Below, piece after piece: positions 18,909-28,447 of a stretch of 64,000 nt of DNA. Made by a program: the position numbers and the translations under genes. Each line of letters begins with the position of its first letter. Position 1 is the first letter of the stretch. This DNA is from Nanobdellota archaeon. GTDB taxonomy: Archaea > Nanobdellota > Nanobdellia > Pacearchaeales > GW2011-AR1. The stretch covers positions 65,924 to 129,923 of the forward strand of contig JAUSIK010000013.1 of the NCBI GenBank assembly GCA_030648155.1, in the 5' to 3' direction. The notes under the pieces are model-generated. The model ran no database searches and was not told the DNA's origin. It saw only the letters and a list, made by a program, of their open reading frames with translations.

Positions 18909-18951
18909 GATAAATAACTTTTAGTTTAAAAGCTGAAGGGGCTATTCATTT
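18909..18951 (+). repeat. att-like repeat B: second copy of gataaataacttttagtt.aaaagctg.aggggctat, with a partial tRNA-Gln 3'-end copy
   Basis: About 38 of 44 positions match repeat A, and ctgaaggggctat matches the tRNA-Gln 3' end in 12 of 13 positions. Confidence 0.55.
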
Positions 18952-19451
18952 TAACAAGCATAGTTTTCAGATACAGTAGTTACTATGATTTGCTTATTAG
19001 TCTTTGGGATTGATACAAGGGTATATGGTTGGGTTAACGCTTGGGTTAGAAGACAATTTTCTCCAGGAGTCGACTCTTTTACTATGGCTTCAATATAAAA
19101 TAAATGATTGATCATTTTTTCAACTTTAATTGAGTAGCCCCCTGTAGGTTTTTCGCCTAGAAATAAGGCTATAATTGTTTCTTCTTGAAAGTTTGGAGAG
19201 GAGGGTAGTATTTGTTCTGGAAACATTTCGCCCCATAGTTTTGTCCAATCTGTTGTTGATTTTGCTATTCTGGTCTGTTTTTGAGATAGGCTGTTTTGTG
19301 TTCCTTCAAGAAGAACTTTAAAAGATAATTCTCCAGGTTTTTTTTCTGTTTCCTGCGGTGTTTTTACAATATCTAAATAAAAAACTGAAATAACAATTAT
19401 TATTCCAATTAAAACAAGGGACGAATGAAATAAAAGGGGTTTATTTACCAT
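18951..19451 (-). CDS. hypothetical secreted or membrane-anchored protein
   Basis: N-terminal TM or signal segment LLFHSSLVLIGIIIVISVFYL. Confidence 0.35.
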   Translation of the reverse strand: MVNKPLLFHSSLVLIGIIIVISVFYLDIVKTPQETEKKPGELSFKVLLEGTQNSLSQKQTRIAKSTTDWTKLWGEMFPEQILPSSPNFQEETIIALFLGEKPTGGYSIKVEKMINHLFYIEAIVKESTPGENCLLTQALTQPYTLVSIPKTNKQIIVTTVSENYAC

Positions 19452-19568
19452 TAAGGTTAAAGGTGGAGGTTGTATTTAAATTGTTTTTTATATTCTAGTA
19501 GTATTGAAGTGATTAATAATATAGTCAAATGTATAAAACTTTATTAATATCTTCTATTTATTATAATT

Positions 19569-20237
19569 ATGTGGACATACCATAAAGAAGTAAAAAGAGA
19601 GTTTGATGTTACTAAAGTAAATAGAGACTTTATTATTTTTGAATCTGATACAAGTTCTTTTGACTTTTGTAGTGCAAATTTCAAAAATAACTATTTTGGG
19701 AAGCAAATTTATTCTTCTCAACTACAAATTTTTAATGTAAATAAAAATCATCCAGTGGAACTAAGAAGCACCTCTCATCAAAATGTCCGCCTTAGGGTTT
19801 TAGGTGATGAGCGTCTTCCTGCACAATTAGCATTGGATAAGGAAGTTTATCGATGTTCTACTTTGGTACTTATGCCTTATAAAATAGAAGAAGTTCCTGC
19901 AGTGGAAGAGGAAAAAGCAAGAATTTATTCAATCGAGAAAGGATTTGCTAGAATTGGCCAGAGTGAAAGATTAGATAGTTCTTTGTTATTTGTTCCGCAT
20001 GGAGATATTATTGAGTCAGAAATTTCAAAGTATTGTTTCATGCCACCATCACAAGTTTGGTCTCATGTACATAAGTGGCTATTAAATAGGCATGTTGTTT
20101 ATTCCAAAGCAGATATATTTAATAACAAAGAAGAAGGTCATTTTGAGATTCCTATTGATGGAGTAAGAAAAGTTAGCAAAGACATTGTTCAAACATTGGA
20201 AAGAGAGTACGATATAAAATTAATTTTTGATAATTAA
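19569..20237 (+). CDS. hypothetical protein
   Basis: ORF only. It is convergent with the Bud32 gene and overlaps it by 4 bp. Confidence 0.3.
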   Translation: MWTYHKEVKREFDVTKVNRDFIIFESDTSSFDFCSANFKNNYFGKQIYSSQLQIFNVNKNHPVELRSTSHQNVRLRVLGDERLPAQLALDKEVYRCSTLVLMPYKIEEVPAVEEEKARIYSIEKGFARIGQSERLDSSLLFVPHGDIIESEISKYCFMPPSQVWSHVHKWLLNRHVVYSKADIFNNKEEGHFEIPIDGVRKVSKDIVQTLEREYDIKLIFDN

Positions 20238-20884
20238 TATTGATCTTTATAACGCCCTCTTGATTCTACTTTTTTTAATCTTTTTAAAATTTCTTCATAA
20301 TTTTTTGAAATTTTATAGCCTTCTAGAATGGAATTAAAGGCCTGCTCGGCAATTTTGAAATGCTTGGCCTCTAGAGCTTCTTTAATTAAGTGGAGATCTA
20401 CTGCTTTGTCCTCTGCTCTTTTCGAGGTAAACCCTAAACCGAAGTCAATAAAATAGAGAATAGATTTTTGCAATATCATGTTAGAAGTAGTTAAATCTCC
20501 ATGAATTATATCGTTGTCATGAATTTTGGCAAGATTTTCCCCAATTTTTTTACATACTTCTAATTTATTTTTTATAGAATCCAGATGTTCGGATAGTTTT
20601 TTTCCTTCAATAAACTCTATTATTATTTCTTGAGTATTTTCATTTAATTTAAGAATTTTAGGAATTGGGATAAGTTTGGACGCTTTTTGAAGAAGATTAA
20701 ATTCTTTTTTTGTTCTTTGCTTTCTAATTTTTTGATCTAATTCAGGGAGCCTGTAAGATTTTCTTACTCTTTTTTTTGTAATTAATTCTTTATCTTTTAT
20801 TATAATTGCTTCAGCCCCTTGCTGAATTATTTTTCCTTTCATGATAGATGGTGCAAGGGAAGGTTTATAAGGTTTTTTTGGCAT
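20234..20884 (-). CDS. bud32: Bud32/PRPK-like atypical Ser/Thr kinase (KEOPS subunit)
   Basis: About 215 aa with a glycine-rich loop. HGDLTTSNMIL is the catalytic loop and IDFGLG matches DFG. Confidence 0.7.
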   Translation of the reverse strand: MPKKPYKPSLAPSIMKGKIIQQGAEAIIIKDKELITKKRVRKSYRLPELDQKIRKQRTKKEFNLLQKASKLIPIPKILKLNENTQEIIIEFIEGKKLSEHLDSIKNKLEVCKKIGENLAKIHDNDIIHGDLTTSNMILQKSILYFIDFGLGFTSKRAEDKAVDLHLIKEALEAKHFKIAEQAFNSILEGYKISKNYEEILKRLKKVESRGRYKDQY

Positions 20885-20892
20885 ATATTTAG

Positions 20893-21234
20893 ATGATTTC
20901 TAAGGCAGGATCAATACTAACATTGATTGGGGGGATAATTACTTTTGTAATTTCATTTTTGTTTTTGTTAGTTGGGATTGTTGTTTTATCTGTTGCATCA
21001 TTATATGATAAAATAGGAACTCAACTAGCACCTGGACTAATTGCCGGCATTTTAATACTTATTTTTATATGTTTGTTAATAGCAGGAATATTGAAAATTT
21101 ATGCGTCAAAATTAATGATGAATAAAAAGAAGGTAGTTAAGGGAGGAGTTATTGCTGTAGTAACAGGGGCGTTCACTTCAGATATATTTGCTTTGAGCGG
21201 AGGGATAGTCGCTCTTGTTCAAGGGAACAATTAA
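20893..21234 (+). CDS. small membrane protein (3 TM)
   Basis: Hydrophobic segments only. Confidence 0.35.
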   Translation: MISKAGSILTLIGGIITFVISFLFLLVGIVVLSVASLYDKIGTQLAPGLIAGILILIFICLLIAGILKIYASKLMMNKKKVVKGGVIAVVTGAFTSDIFALSGGIVALVQGNN

Positions 21235-21263
21235 ACTTTGATTATTGTTTAATAATACTGAAG

Positions 21264-22625
21264 TTAGAACTTCATTTTTCTACCGAATTTTTTGGCGAAT
21301 TTCATAATTGTTTTTTGATCCATTGTGCCTGATGCAAGATTTGATTGAGAACTAATCATTTCTTTAAGCATTTTATATTGTTTTATCAATGCCCTAATTT
21401 CTGAAGTGGATGTTCCCGATCCTTTTGCAATTCTCGCGATTCTTGATGTTTGTTTTTCTAGAATTTCCGGATTTTCAACTTCTTCTTTAGTCATAGAATT
21501 TATTGCATGCTTCCAATGCTTAACTTTTTCCTGCTGTAATTCTAATTGCTCTGATGATATTTTTTCTTTTGCCTTTCCTAAACCTGGGATTAGAGAAAGA
21601 ACTTTATCCATGGAGCCGAGAGATTCCATTGATTCTAACTGTGTTTGCAAATCTTTAAGGGTAAATTTTCCTTCTTGCAGTCTTGCTTGCTGTTCTTCTA
21701 TTTGTTTTTGATCCATTACTGAATGGATCTTTTCCATAAGTGTTTTTAAGTCGCCCATACCTAGAAGCCTTGAGAGGAATGATTCTGGGTCGAAAGTTTC
21801 TAAATCAGATGGTTTTTCACCTGTTCCGATAAATATTACAGGGGCTTTTACTTCTGCACAGGCTGTTAGTGAACCTCCTGCCTTTGCGGTTGAGTCCATA
21901 CGAGTTATTATTACTCCTGTAATATTTAGGATTTCTTTGAATTTTTGCGCTTGGGATTTTGCAGCTTGCCCTATATCTGCAGGCATGACTAGAATAGTTT
22001 CAGAAGGAGAAATAAGTTTATTCAAGGATTTTATTTCATCTATTAACTGTGAATCTAGAGCATCACGACCTGCTGTATCGACTAAAACTAAATCATATTT
22101 TTTTAATTCTTGTAAGAAAGACTTGTAGATTTTTTCAGGAGATTTTTCTTTTTTATTTACAAAGATGGGAATGTTTAATTTTTTTCCTAATTGTTCTAAT
22201 TGGTCGGTTGCTGCAGGACGATGGACATCTAGACCTATGGCACATACTTTATGGCCTCTTTTAGCATAATAAGATGCTAATTTTGAAATGGTAGTTGTTT
22301 TTCCAGATCCGTACAAACCTACTAACATAAAAGTATTTGATTTTTGCAGTTTTATTTCTCTTTTTTCTCCTAGAATAGACAATAGTTCATCATGCAATAA
22401 TTTAATGACATGCTCTTTTTTTTCTAAGCCTTTAATTCTTTCATCTAGAGCAACTTGCTTAATTTTTTGGGTGATTTGCAAGACCAAGGAGACATTAACA
22501 TCTGCTTCTATGAGTGCTCTTTGCAAATCTTTTATAATTTGATCAACTAGAGTTTTATCTAGAAAAATAGCATTAGCTATCTTATCTGTTGTTTTTTTCA
22601 ATACTGATGACAGTTTGTCTAACAT
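21264..22625 (-). CDS. srp54: signal recognition particle protein SRP54
   Basis: N domain followed by G domain (GLYGSGKTT, DTAGR) and a Met-rich C-terminal M domain. Confidence 0.9.
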   Translation of the reverse strand: MLDKLSSVLKKTTDKIANAIFLDKTLVDQIIKDLQRALIEADVNVSLVLQITQKIKQVALDERIKGLEKKEHVIKLLHDELLSILGEKREIKLQKSNTFMLVGLYGSGKTTTISKLASYYAKRGHKVCAIGLDVHRPAATDQLEQLGKKLNIPIFVNKKEKSPEKIYKSFLQELKKYDLVLVDTAGRDALDSQLIDEIKSLNKLISPSETILVMPADIGQAAKSQAQKFKEILNITGVIITRMDSTAKAGGSLTACAEVKAPVIFIGTGEKPSDLETFDPESFLSRLLGMGDLKTLMEKIHSVMDQKQIEEQQARLQEGKFTLKDLQTQLESMESLGSMDKVLSLIPGLGKAKEKISSEQLELQQEKVKHWKHAINSMTKEEVENPEILEKQTSRIARIAKGSGTSTSEIRALIKQYKMLKEMISSQSNLASGTMDQKTIMKFAKKFGRKMKF

Positions 22626-22760
22626 AGAAAAGGCAGGAAAGAAGGGGTTAATAAAGTTTCGCTAGAGATAATGTTTATGAATGGCGCGACTAAAAATTCC
22701 AACAATGTATTTTTGAGTTTTTCAAAAACATTTCGGAATGTGAAAATTAACGGAATTTAT

Positions 22761-23168
22761 TTAAGCAATTCTTCTTTCTCTTGCAAAAGTTGGAACCCAT
22801 ATTCCATAAAGTGCAATCGCATCTTTGTAAGCATTTACTTCTTTTCCGACAGCAGAAGCCAAAGATTCTGGTCTTACTTCTAAAGCATTCAAAACTCGTG
22901 TGACTTTGTCTAAACTTCCAACATGGAGTGTTGCAATTTCTCCAGATGTTTGATCTCTTATTGTAATTCCAAGTCCCGATTTATTCCCAGTGATAGAACG
23001 AGTATCATAAGGAGTTTTCTCTTCAACACCATCTCTTGTTCTCTTGCAAAAGTAAATGTCTACAACTGTTGAAGTTACTCTTCTTAAGGAATCCAAATGT
23101 TCTGGATTTGTAGGTAAATTTCCGGTATGAACATTTAAACCATTTATATCATATATTTCATATGTCAT
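22761..23168 (-). CDS. conserved hypothetical protein, locally GC-richer than its surroundings
   Basis: The ORF has a non-repetitive, conserved-looking sequence. About 38-40% GC by eye, against roughly 30% for the window. Confidence 0.4.
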   Translation of the reverse strand: MTYEIYDINGLNVHTGNLPTNPEHLDSLRRVTSTVVDIYFCKRTRDGVEEKTPYDTRSITGNKSGLGITIRDQTSGEIATLHVGSLDKVTRVLNALEVRPESLASAVGKEVNAYKDAIALYGIWVPTFARERRIA

Positions 23169-23337
23169 ATTTTGGTTATTATTGGATCATATTTAAATCT
23201 TTCGCTTTATCACTATTACAAAGTTACAAATATAATTATTCATTTTTCGGATTATTAACATATAAGTGGGAGGTAATAAAAATATAACAAATCCTGTTAT
23301 AAGGTAATTTTATAAATTAATTCACATTGAAGGGACC

Positions 23338-23841
23338 ATGAACTTGGATCAGATATTTATTTATGCAATTGTTTTAGCTGTTGTTATTTTTATTATTTCC
23401 TATATAATCAAGATGCTAAAGGGAAAAATTGCAATTGAACTGGAAAAATTTGAATATTCTACTGGAGAGGAAATTAAGGGGCAGGTTATATTAAAATTAA
23501 GAAAGGAAGTTAAGGCAACGGCACTTAATATTGGGATTATTGGAGAGAGAAAACAGAAATCTTCTTTTGGCCGAAAATCATCAAGCCAAAAAAATGCTGT
23601 TTATGAATTCAAGAAGCCAATAAGCGGAGAAAAGATTTATCCTGCTGGAGAGAGTAAATTTGACTTTAAATTGAAGACTCCGAGTAATATCGAGTCTAAA
23701 ATAAATAGTGGGAATGCAACGGTGGATACAATGATGAACACAATGTTAAGTTATGCTGGCATGATTAGATGGTATGTGGTTGCTGAATTGGAAGTTGCTG
23801 GACTTAATATTAAAAAGAAGGTTCAGATTAACATCTCGTAA
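23338..23841 (+). CDS. hypothetical membrane-anchored protein (N-terminal TM helix, then a beta-rich domain)
   Basis: ORF and hydrophobicity only. Confidence 0.3.
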   Translation: MNLDQIFIYAIVLAVVIFIISYIIKMLKGKIAIELEKFEYSTGEEIKGQVILKLRKEVKATALNIGIIGERKQKSSFGRKSSSQKNAVYEFKKPISGEKIYPAGESKFDFKLKTPSNIESKINSGNATVDTMMNTMLSYAGMIRWYVVAELEVAGLNIKKKVQINIS

Positions 23842-24863
23842 TTTTTGATTATTCTGTCCAGGACTTTGAGAGGCTCTTCTGGATTGAACTTGTTTTTATT
23901 TAGAGCTTTCTCATACTTTGATAGATTGTTGAGGAAATTTTGGATTTGGATTTTACTAGGATTTTCTGAATAGTCACCTAGGCCTGATTTTTTTAGGTAG
24001 AGGGCGTTAAATGTTTGCTCGAACTGGCCTTTTAGAGGGAGTGCGAAATATGGCTTTTTTAGATAAATTGCTTCTGAAATTAGAGAGAAACCTGCAGATG
24101 CGATTACTGCTTTACAGGTTGATAGGTCTTTTAGAAATGAAGTTGATGGCTTTTTTAGCAGGATATTTTTTATCTTTTCATTTTTTTTGATAAAAGGAGA
24201 ATAAACGATAAAGTTCTCTGGGATTGAACTGAATATTTTTATTAAATTTTCTGAAGGTTTGGTTAAGTATATTAGAACTTTATTTTGTTTTATAGGCTTT
24301 AAATTTATTATCTCTTTTCTTAATATTGGAGAGACTATGAATGTTTTTTCTTTAGAAGGTTTTGTTTTTGTAAATGAAGTTACTATGAACGCATCCGCTT
24401 TTGAGACACAGGTATTTATCGTTAGTTTGGCTAATGTACTTGACAGGAGATATTCTTTTGGTATTTTTATGTTGGTATTTGTTAGAAGGTGTTGATTATC
24501 GAGGCTTATTAATGGAAGATTATACCAATAGGAGATTATTGGAGTTAGGAGTTCCATATCTGAAATGCAAATTTGAGGTGAAAATTTGTCTATTTTAGAT
24601 TTTATTGGCTTCCAATTTGATAAATCTGTAAGGGTTGTTTGAATATTTTTAAGGAAAGTTTTAGTTAGCGAAAGTTTCCCGTTTTCAAATACTAATGGGA
24701 TTCCTTCGATTTTTATAGAGGGGAATTTTTTTAATACCTCATAAGCTTGGCCATAAGTTAGTACAAGAACTTTATGTCCTTTTTTATGTAAATGTGAAAT
24801 TATTTCTATTGCCCTGGACGAATGACCTAAACCTTCTCCACATACCCCGTATAGTATACGCAT
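23823..24863 (-). CDS. GT-B glycosyltransferase, GT1/GT28 (MurG/UGT-like)
   Basis: MRILYGVCGEGLGHSSRAIEIISHLHKKGHKVLVLT is the hallmark N-terminus of the Glyco_trans_1_3 family. Confidence 0.6.
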   Translation of the reverse strand: MRILYGVCGEGLGHSSRAIEIISHLHKKGHKVLVLTYGQAYEVLKKFPSIKIEGIPLVFENGKLSLTKTFLKNIQTTLTDLSNWKPIKSKIDKFSPQICISDMELLTPIISYWYNLPLISLDNQHLLTNTNIKIPKEYLLSSTLAKLTINTCVSKADAFIVTSFTKTKPSKEKTFIVSPILRKEIINLKPIKQNKVLIYLTKPSENLIKIFSSIPENFIVYSPFIKKNEKIKNILLKKPSTSFLKDLSTCKAVIASAGFSLISEAIYLKKPYFALPLKGQFEQTFNALYLKKSGLGDYSENPSKIQIQNFLNNLSKYEKALNKNKFNPEEPLKVLDRIIKNYEMLI

Positions 24864-24925
24864 TTTATTGATGGAGGGAGAAATGTTAATAAATGTTGGT
24901 TTTGAGAGAGAAAAGGTTTAAAATA

Positions 24926-25813
24926 TTACTTTAGACCAAAATATCTATCAAACTCTATGCCTACTTTAGTGTGAGTTTTTATATAATCTGCTAAATCTTG
25001 GGGTGAATTCTTATCATCCCTCATTTTTTTTATGGTTTCTTCCATTATGGCCTCATTCACATTTAAATCTAAAAGATACATTACCATATTTATCTTTTTT
25101 TGATCTGGACGTATTATTTTCATTTCATCTTTTTTTCTTTGTAAGTAGACAATTTCAAACGGCCCCCCCACCCCAGTATGCTTTTCACTTGCCTTTCCGG
25201 CTTTCATTAAAACATCTATTCCTTCGTCTAAGCTTAGTTCTTTTTTCCATCTATAATTTTCTAATTCTACACCCATCTTTTCAATAGCCATAATTTGTCC
25301 GCTTCCTGAAACGGCGTAGTCTTTTATATTATTGAATAATAGGCTTGTTCCAGGAAATCCTACTAAATATAGAAGGGGATTATCATAGTTTGTAGCTAAC
25401 ATTAATTCCAAAGAAAAAAATCCGTTTGTATTATTCGAAGCTTTGAGGACTTCTTCTACTACATGATGATTAATAACTGTACCTTGCTGGGGGGCTATTA
25501 CTTCTCTAATATCGGAGAAACCATATTTTGCTAGGACTCCTCTTTGAAAATGTTTCGCCCTTATGTTATGGTAAGATTGTTCAACTTTATCGCTTAATTC
25601 TTTTCCTGACCTATATTGATTCTCTTTAACTAATTGAATAATTTCATTTCCTAGCACTGGAGAACCTATTACACCTGTTATTGAAGAATCATCTAATTCT
25701 TGAATTTTTTTAAAAATATCTTGCGTAAATCCTATTCCTTGGTAGGTCCCTTCAGCATCTTGAATTAACATAACTGTATTGTTATTAGGAATTAGTCCTA
25801 TACTTATTGTCAT
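24926..25813 (-). CDS. Ntn-hydrolase related to proteasome-beta/HslV, with no propeptide (Thr at position 2)
   Basis: MTISIGLIPNNNTVMLIQDAEGT parallels HslV TTIVSVRRNGHVVIAGDGQ. ITGVIGSPVLGNEIIQL parallels IAGFAGGTADAFTLFEL. YAVSGSGQIMAI matches the GSG motif. There is a C-terminal extension of about 60 aa. Confidence 0.45.
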   Translation of the reverse strand: MTISIGLIPNNNTVMLIQDAEGTYQGIGFTQDIFKKIQELDDSSITGVIGSPVLGNEIIQLVKENQYRSGKELSDKVEQSYHNIRAKHFQRGVLAKYGFSDIREVIAPQQGTVINHHVVEEVLKASNNTNGFFSLELMLATNYDNPLLYLVGFPGTSLLFNNIKDYAVSGSGQIMAIEKMGVELENYRWKKELSLDEGIDVLMKAGKASEKHTGVGGPFEIVYLQRKKDEMKIIRPDQKKINMVMYLLDLNVNEAIMEETIKKMRDDKNSPQDLADYIKTHTKVGIEFDRYFGLK

Positions 25814-26022
25814 ATGGATGTGGGCTAAATGAGGTTTATAAATCTTTTTGTTTGTAACTACTTTTAAGTTAAATACTTTAATTAAATAAATCTAAATAAT
25901 GTTATTTAATATTTAATAAAGTTATTTAATTTTAGTCCTGAAAGGGTTAGATAGGGGAGGAAATTACTAGTGATTTATAATTGGGGGAAAGATTTATTAA
26001 GATTATTTAATGTTAAATAAGA

Positions 26023-26262
26023 ATGGTAAAAAAAGAGGGTGGAAAAAGTTTAAAGACTTTTAATTTAAATGGGGAAATTTATAGAGAATATTCCGAATAC
26101 TGCAGGAAACACGGAATTAGCATGAGCAAAAAAGTTGAGAATTTCATCAAGCAAGAATTAGAAAAATTTAGAGGCGTTAGGGGTGATGAAAATAAAACAA
26201 TTGAAAGAAAATCAGGGGAATTTAGCGGGGAGATTGAACATTCTTTTAAAAAATATTGCTGA
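26023..26262 (+). CDS. small ribbon-helix-helix-like DNA-binding protein
   Basis: FNLNGEIYREYSEYCRKHGISMSKKVENFIKQEL fits a beta-alpha-alpha RHH pattern. Confidence 0.3.
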   Translation: MVKKEGGKSLKTFNLNGEIYREYSEYCRKHGISMSKKVENFIKQELEKFRGVRGDENKTIERKSGEFSGEIEHSFKKYC

Positions 26263-26296
26263 AAGATTTTTATACTGAAAATGTTTAGAGAGTTAG

Positions 26297-27031
26297 ATGG
26301 CGAAAGAGGGTTTTTTTAGAAAGAATAAATATGCTTTCTCTTTATTAATAATTATTTTAGTGCTTTTTGGTATTACTGCAATTAACCCTCCTTATCCTCA
26401 AGATTTTTTTTACGAACATATCATGACTATTGTTTTTTTTGTGTTGATGATTTTTAGCTACAAATATTTTAGGTTGAGCAATCTATCATATACTTTGATA
26501 TTTGCTTTTTTAATTTTGCATATTATTGGGGCGAGGTTTACTTATTCTGAAGTGCCTTATCCTCAATTTTTTATGAACTATTTTAATTTTGATATTCAAG
26601 AATTTTTTGGGTGGGAAAGAAATCATTATGATAGATTGGTTCATTTTTCATTTGGACTGCTTTTTGCGTACCCTCTAAGAGAACTATTTTGGAGAGTAGC
26701 ACAGGCAAAAGGAATTTGGAGATATTATTTGCCTTTAGAGTTAGTTATGGCTTTTTCAATGTTATATGAATTAATAGAATATGGATTTGCTGTAATTGTC
26801 GGCGGAGATGTTGGCCAGTCATATTTAGGAACACAAGGAGATGAGTGGGATGCACAGAAAGATATGCTGTTAGCGACGCTGGGGGGATTAATAACTCTAA
26901 GTGTGACTTTTTTTGTTAATTTATTTTACAAGGGTTTTAAGAATGAACTAAAAGACAGTCTTAAAATAAGCAGAAAAACTCCTTTAGGAGAAGTAGAATT
27001 AAGAAGGTTAAAGAAGAGGGCAGGGAGATAG
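26297..27031 (+). CDS. DUF2238 (YjdF-like) membrane protein
   Basis: LHIIGARFTYSEVPY matches the YjdF-family conserved core as recalled. Seven TM segments. Confidence 0.5.
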   Translation: MAKEGFFRKNKYAFSLLIIILVLFGITAINPPYPQDFFYEHIMTIVFFVLMIFSYKYFRLSNLSYTLIFAFLILHIIGARFTYSEVPYPQFFMNYFNFDIQEFFGWERNHYDRLVHFSFGLLFAYPLRELFWRVAQAKGIWRYYLPLELVMAFSMLYELIEYGFAVIVGGDVGQSYLGTQGDEWDAQKDMLLATLGGLITLSVTFFVNLFYKGFKNELKDSLKISRKTPLGEVELRRLKKRAGR

Positions 27032-27035
27032 TTTT

Positions 27036-28406
27036 TTACTCGAGTCCTAGATTTTTTAGAACTGTGGATTTAGTGAAAGGAGTTAGGTCTTTGTAGTTTT
27101 GTCCAGTCCCTAAGAAGTAAATAGGTTTTTTAGTTACATAGGAAACTGAAAGAATTGTACCTGCCTTTTCATCTACATCTGCTTTTGAGAGTATTATTCC
27201 GTCAATATTAATCGATTCATTAAATGTTTTAGCCTGCTCTAGAGCATCATTTCCGGTTATTGATTCAGCAAGAAATATTTTTAAATCTGGCTGTGAGACT
27301 CTTACTATTTTTTCCATTTCTTTAATAAGATTTGTTTTGGTGTACATTCTTCCAGCAGTGTCTATAAGAACTGCTTTTATTTTGTGGATCTCTGCATATT
27401 TTTTAGTGTCAAAAGCAACTGCGGCAGGGTCTGAACCATAGGTATGTTTTACAATAGGTATATGCAATTTATCCGCATGCTGCTGGAGTTGTTCAATTGA
27501 GGCAGCCCTGAAGGTATCGGCTGCTCCTAAAACGCATGAGATATTATTTTCTTTAAGGTAGTGTGCTACTTTTGCAATTGAGGTGGTTTTACCGCTTCCA
27601 TTGATTCCAACAAATATTATTACATAAGGGCCAGTGTGTTTTTTATTTATTGCTTCGATAAGATTAGGCGGTTCTGTTAAGATTTCTAAAATAGAATTTT
27701 TAAGGGAATTAATTATTGTTTCATTTACCTTTGCTTTTTTTACTTCTATTCCAACAAGGTCTTTTGACAGTTCTTTATGGATTTTTTCTACAACGTCTAG
27801 CGCGACATTATTTTCGAGAAGAGTTATTTCTAACTCTTGAAATAGTTCATCGAACTGCTCTTGTGCAAGAGTGGATGTTGAAAGTTTTGACGCTAATTTT
27901 GAAAAGAATCCTTCTTGTTTTTCTGGTTCTTGTATTTTTTTAGGTTCTTCTTTTATTGCTTCAGGAATGGATTGTTCAGGCACTTTTTGTTCAATAATTG
28001 CTGATTCTTCTGATTTTTCTTGGGTTAGGTTTTCGCCTGATTTTTTTCTTGAGAAAATTTTTGAGAAAAAGCCTTGCTTCTCGTCAGCTGGTTTTTGTTC
28101 GTCAATAATTTCTTTTTCAAGTTCTTCTAGGCCTTTCTGAAGCTTTTCATCATGAACAGTTTCTTGAGGTTTAATGACTGGTTTTTCTTCGATTTTTTGG
28201 GGCGTTTCTTGAATAACTTCTTCTTTGATTTCCTCTATTTTCTTCTTTTTAGTTTCTTTTTTTATTTTAGAAGGTTTTACTGGTTTTTCTTTATTTTTTT
28301 TTGGCTTAATTTCTTTTTTTTCTTTAGCAGACTTAGTTTTACTAGTTTTTTCTTCTTCTGGTTTTTTGAACCAGGATGTTAGTTTGTCTTTAAGTGATTT
28401 AAACAT
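27036..28406 (-). CDS. ftsY: SRP receptor FtsY, with a long K/E-rich N-terminal region
   Basis: NG domain with GINGSGKTT and DTAGR. The N-terminal 170 aa are a low-complexity K/E/P region. Confidence 0.9.
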   Translation of the reverse strand: MFKSLKDKLTSWFKKPEEEKTSKTKSAKEKKEIKPKKNKEKPVKPSKIKKETKKKKIEEIKEEVIQETPQKIEEKPVIKPQETVHDEKLQKGLEELEKEIIDEQKPADEKQGFFSKIFSRKKSGENLTQEKSEESAIIEQKVPEQSIPEAIKEEPKKIQEPEKQEGFFSKLASKLSTSTLAQEQFDELFQELEITLLENNVALDVVEKIHKELSKDLVGIEVKKAKVNETIINSLKNSILEILTEPPNLIEAINKKHTGPYVIIFVGINGSGKTTSIAKVAHYLKENNISCVLGAADTFRAASIEQLQQHADKLHIPIVKHTYGSDPAAVAFDTKKYAEIHKIKAVLIDTAGRMYTKTNLIKEMEKIVRVSQPDLKIFLAESITGNDALEQAKTFNESINIDGIILSKADVDEKAGTILSVSYVTKKPIYFLGTGQNYKDLTPFTKSTVLKNLGLE

Positions 28407-28447
28407 AATTTTCTTAGAGGAGGGAGATTTATAAAGTTGTGTTTTAC

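Noticed and set aside
21406-22542. Several plus-strand ORFs (21406..21711, 21937..22128, 22049..22264, 22288..22542) inside SRP54
   Set aside because: Antisense shadow ORFs, Cys/Phe/Ser-rich and non-protein-like.
27900-28400. Low-complexity K/E/P-rich repeat region
   Set aside because: Not a CRISPR array or a DNA repeat element. It encodes the acidic and basic N-terminal A-domain common in FtsY.
27634-28434. Plus-strand ORFs with poly-Phe (FFFF) inside the ftsY region
   Set aside because: Antisense of the K/E-rich low-complexity FtsY N-terminus. AAG and GAA codons read as TTC and CTT on the other strand.
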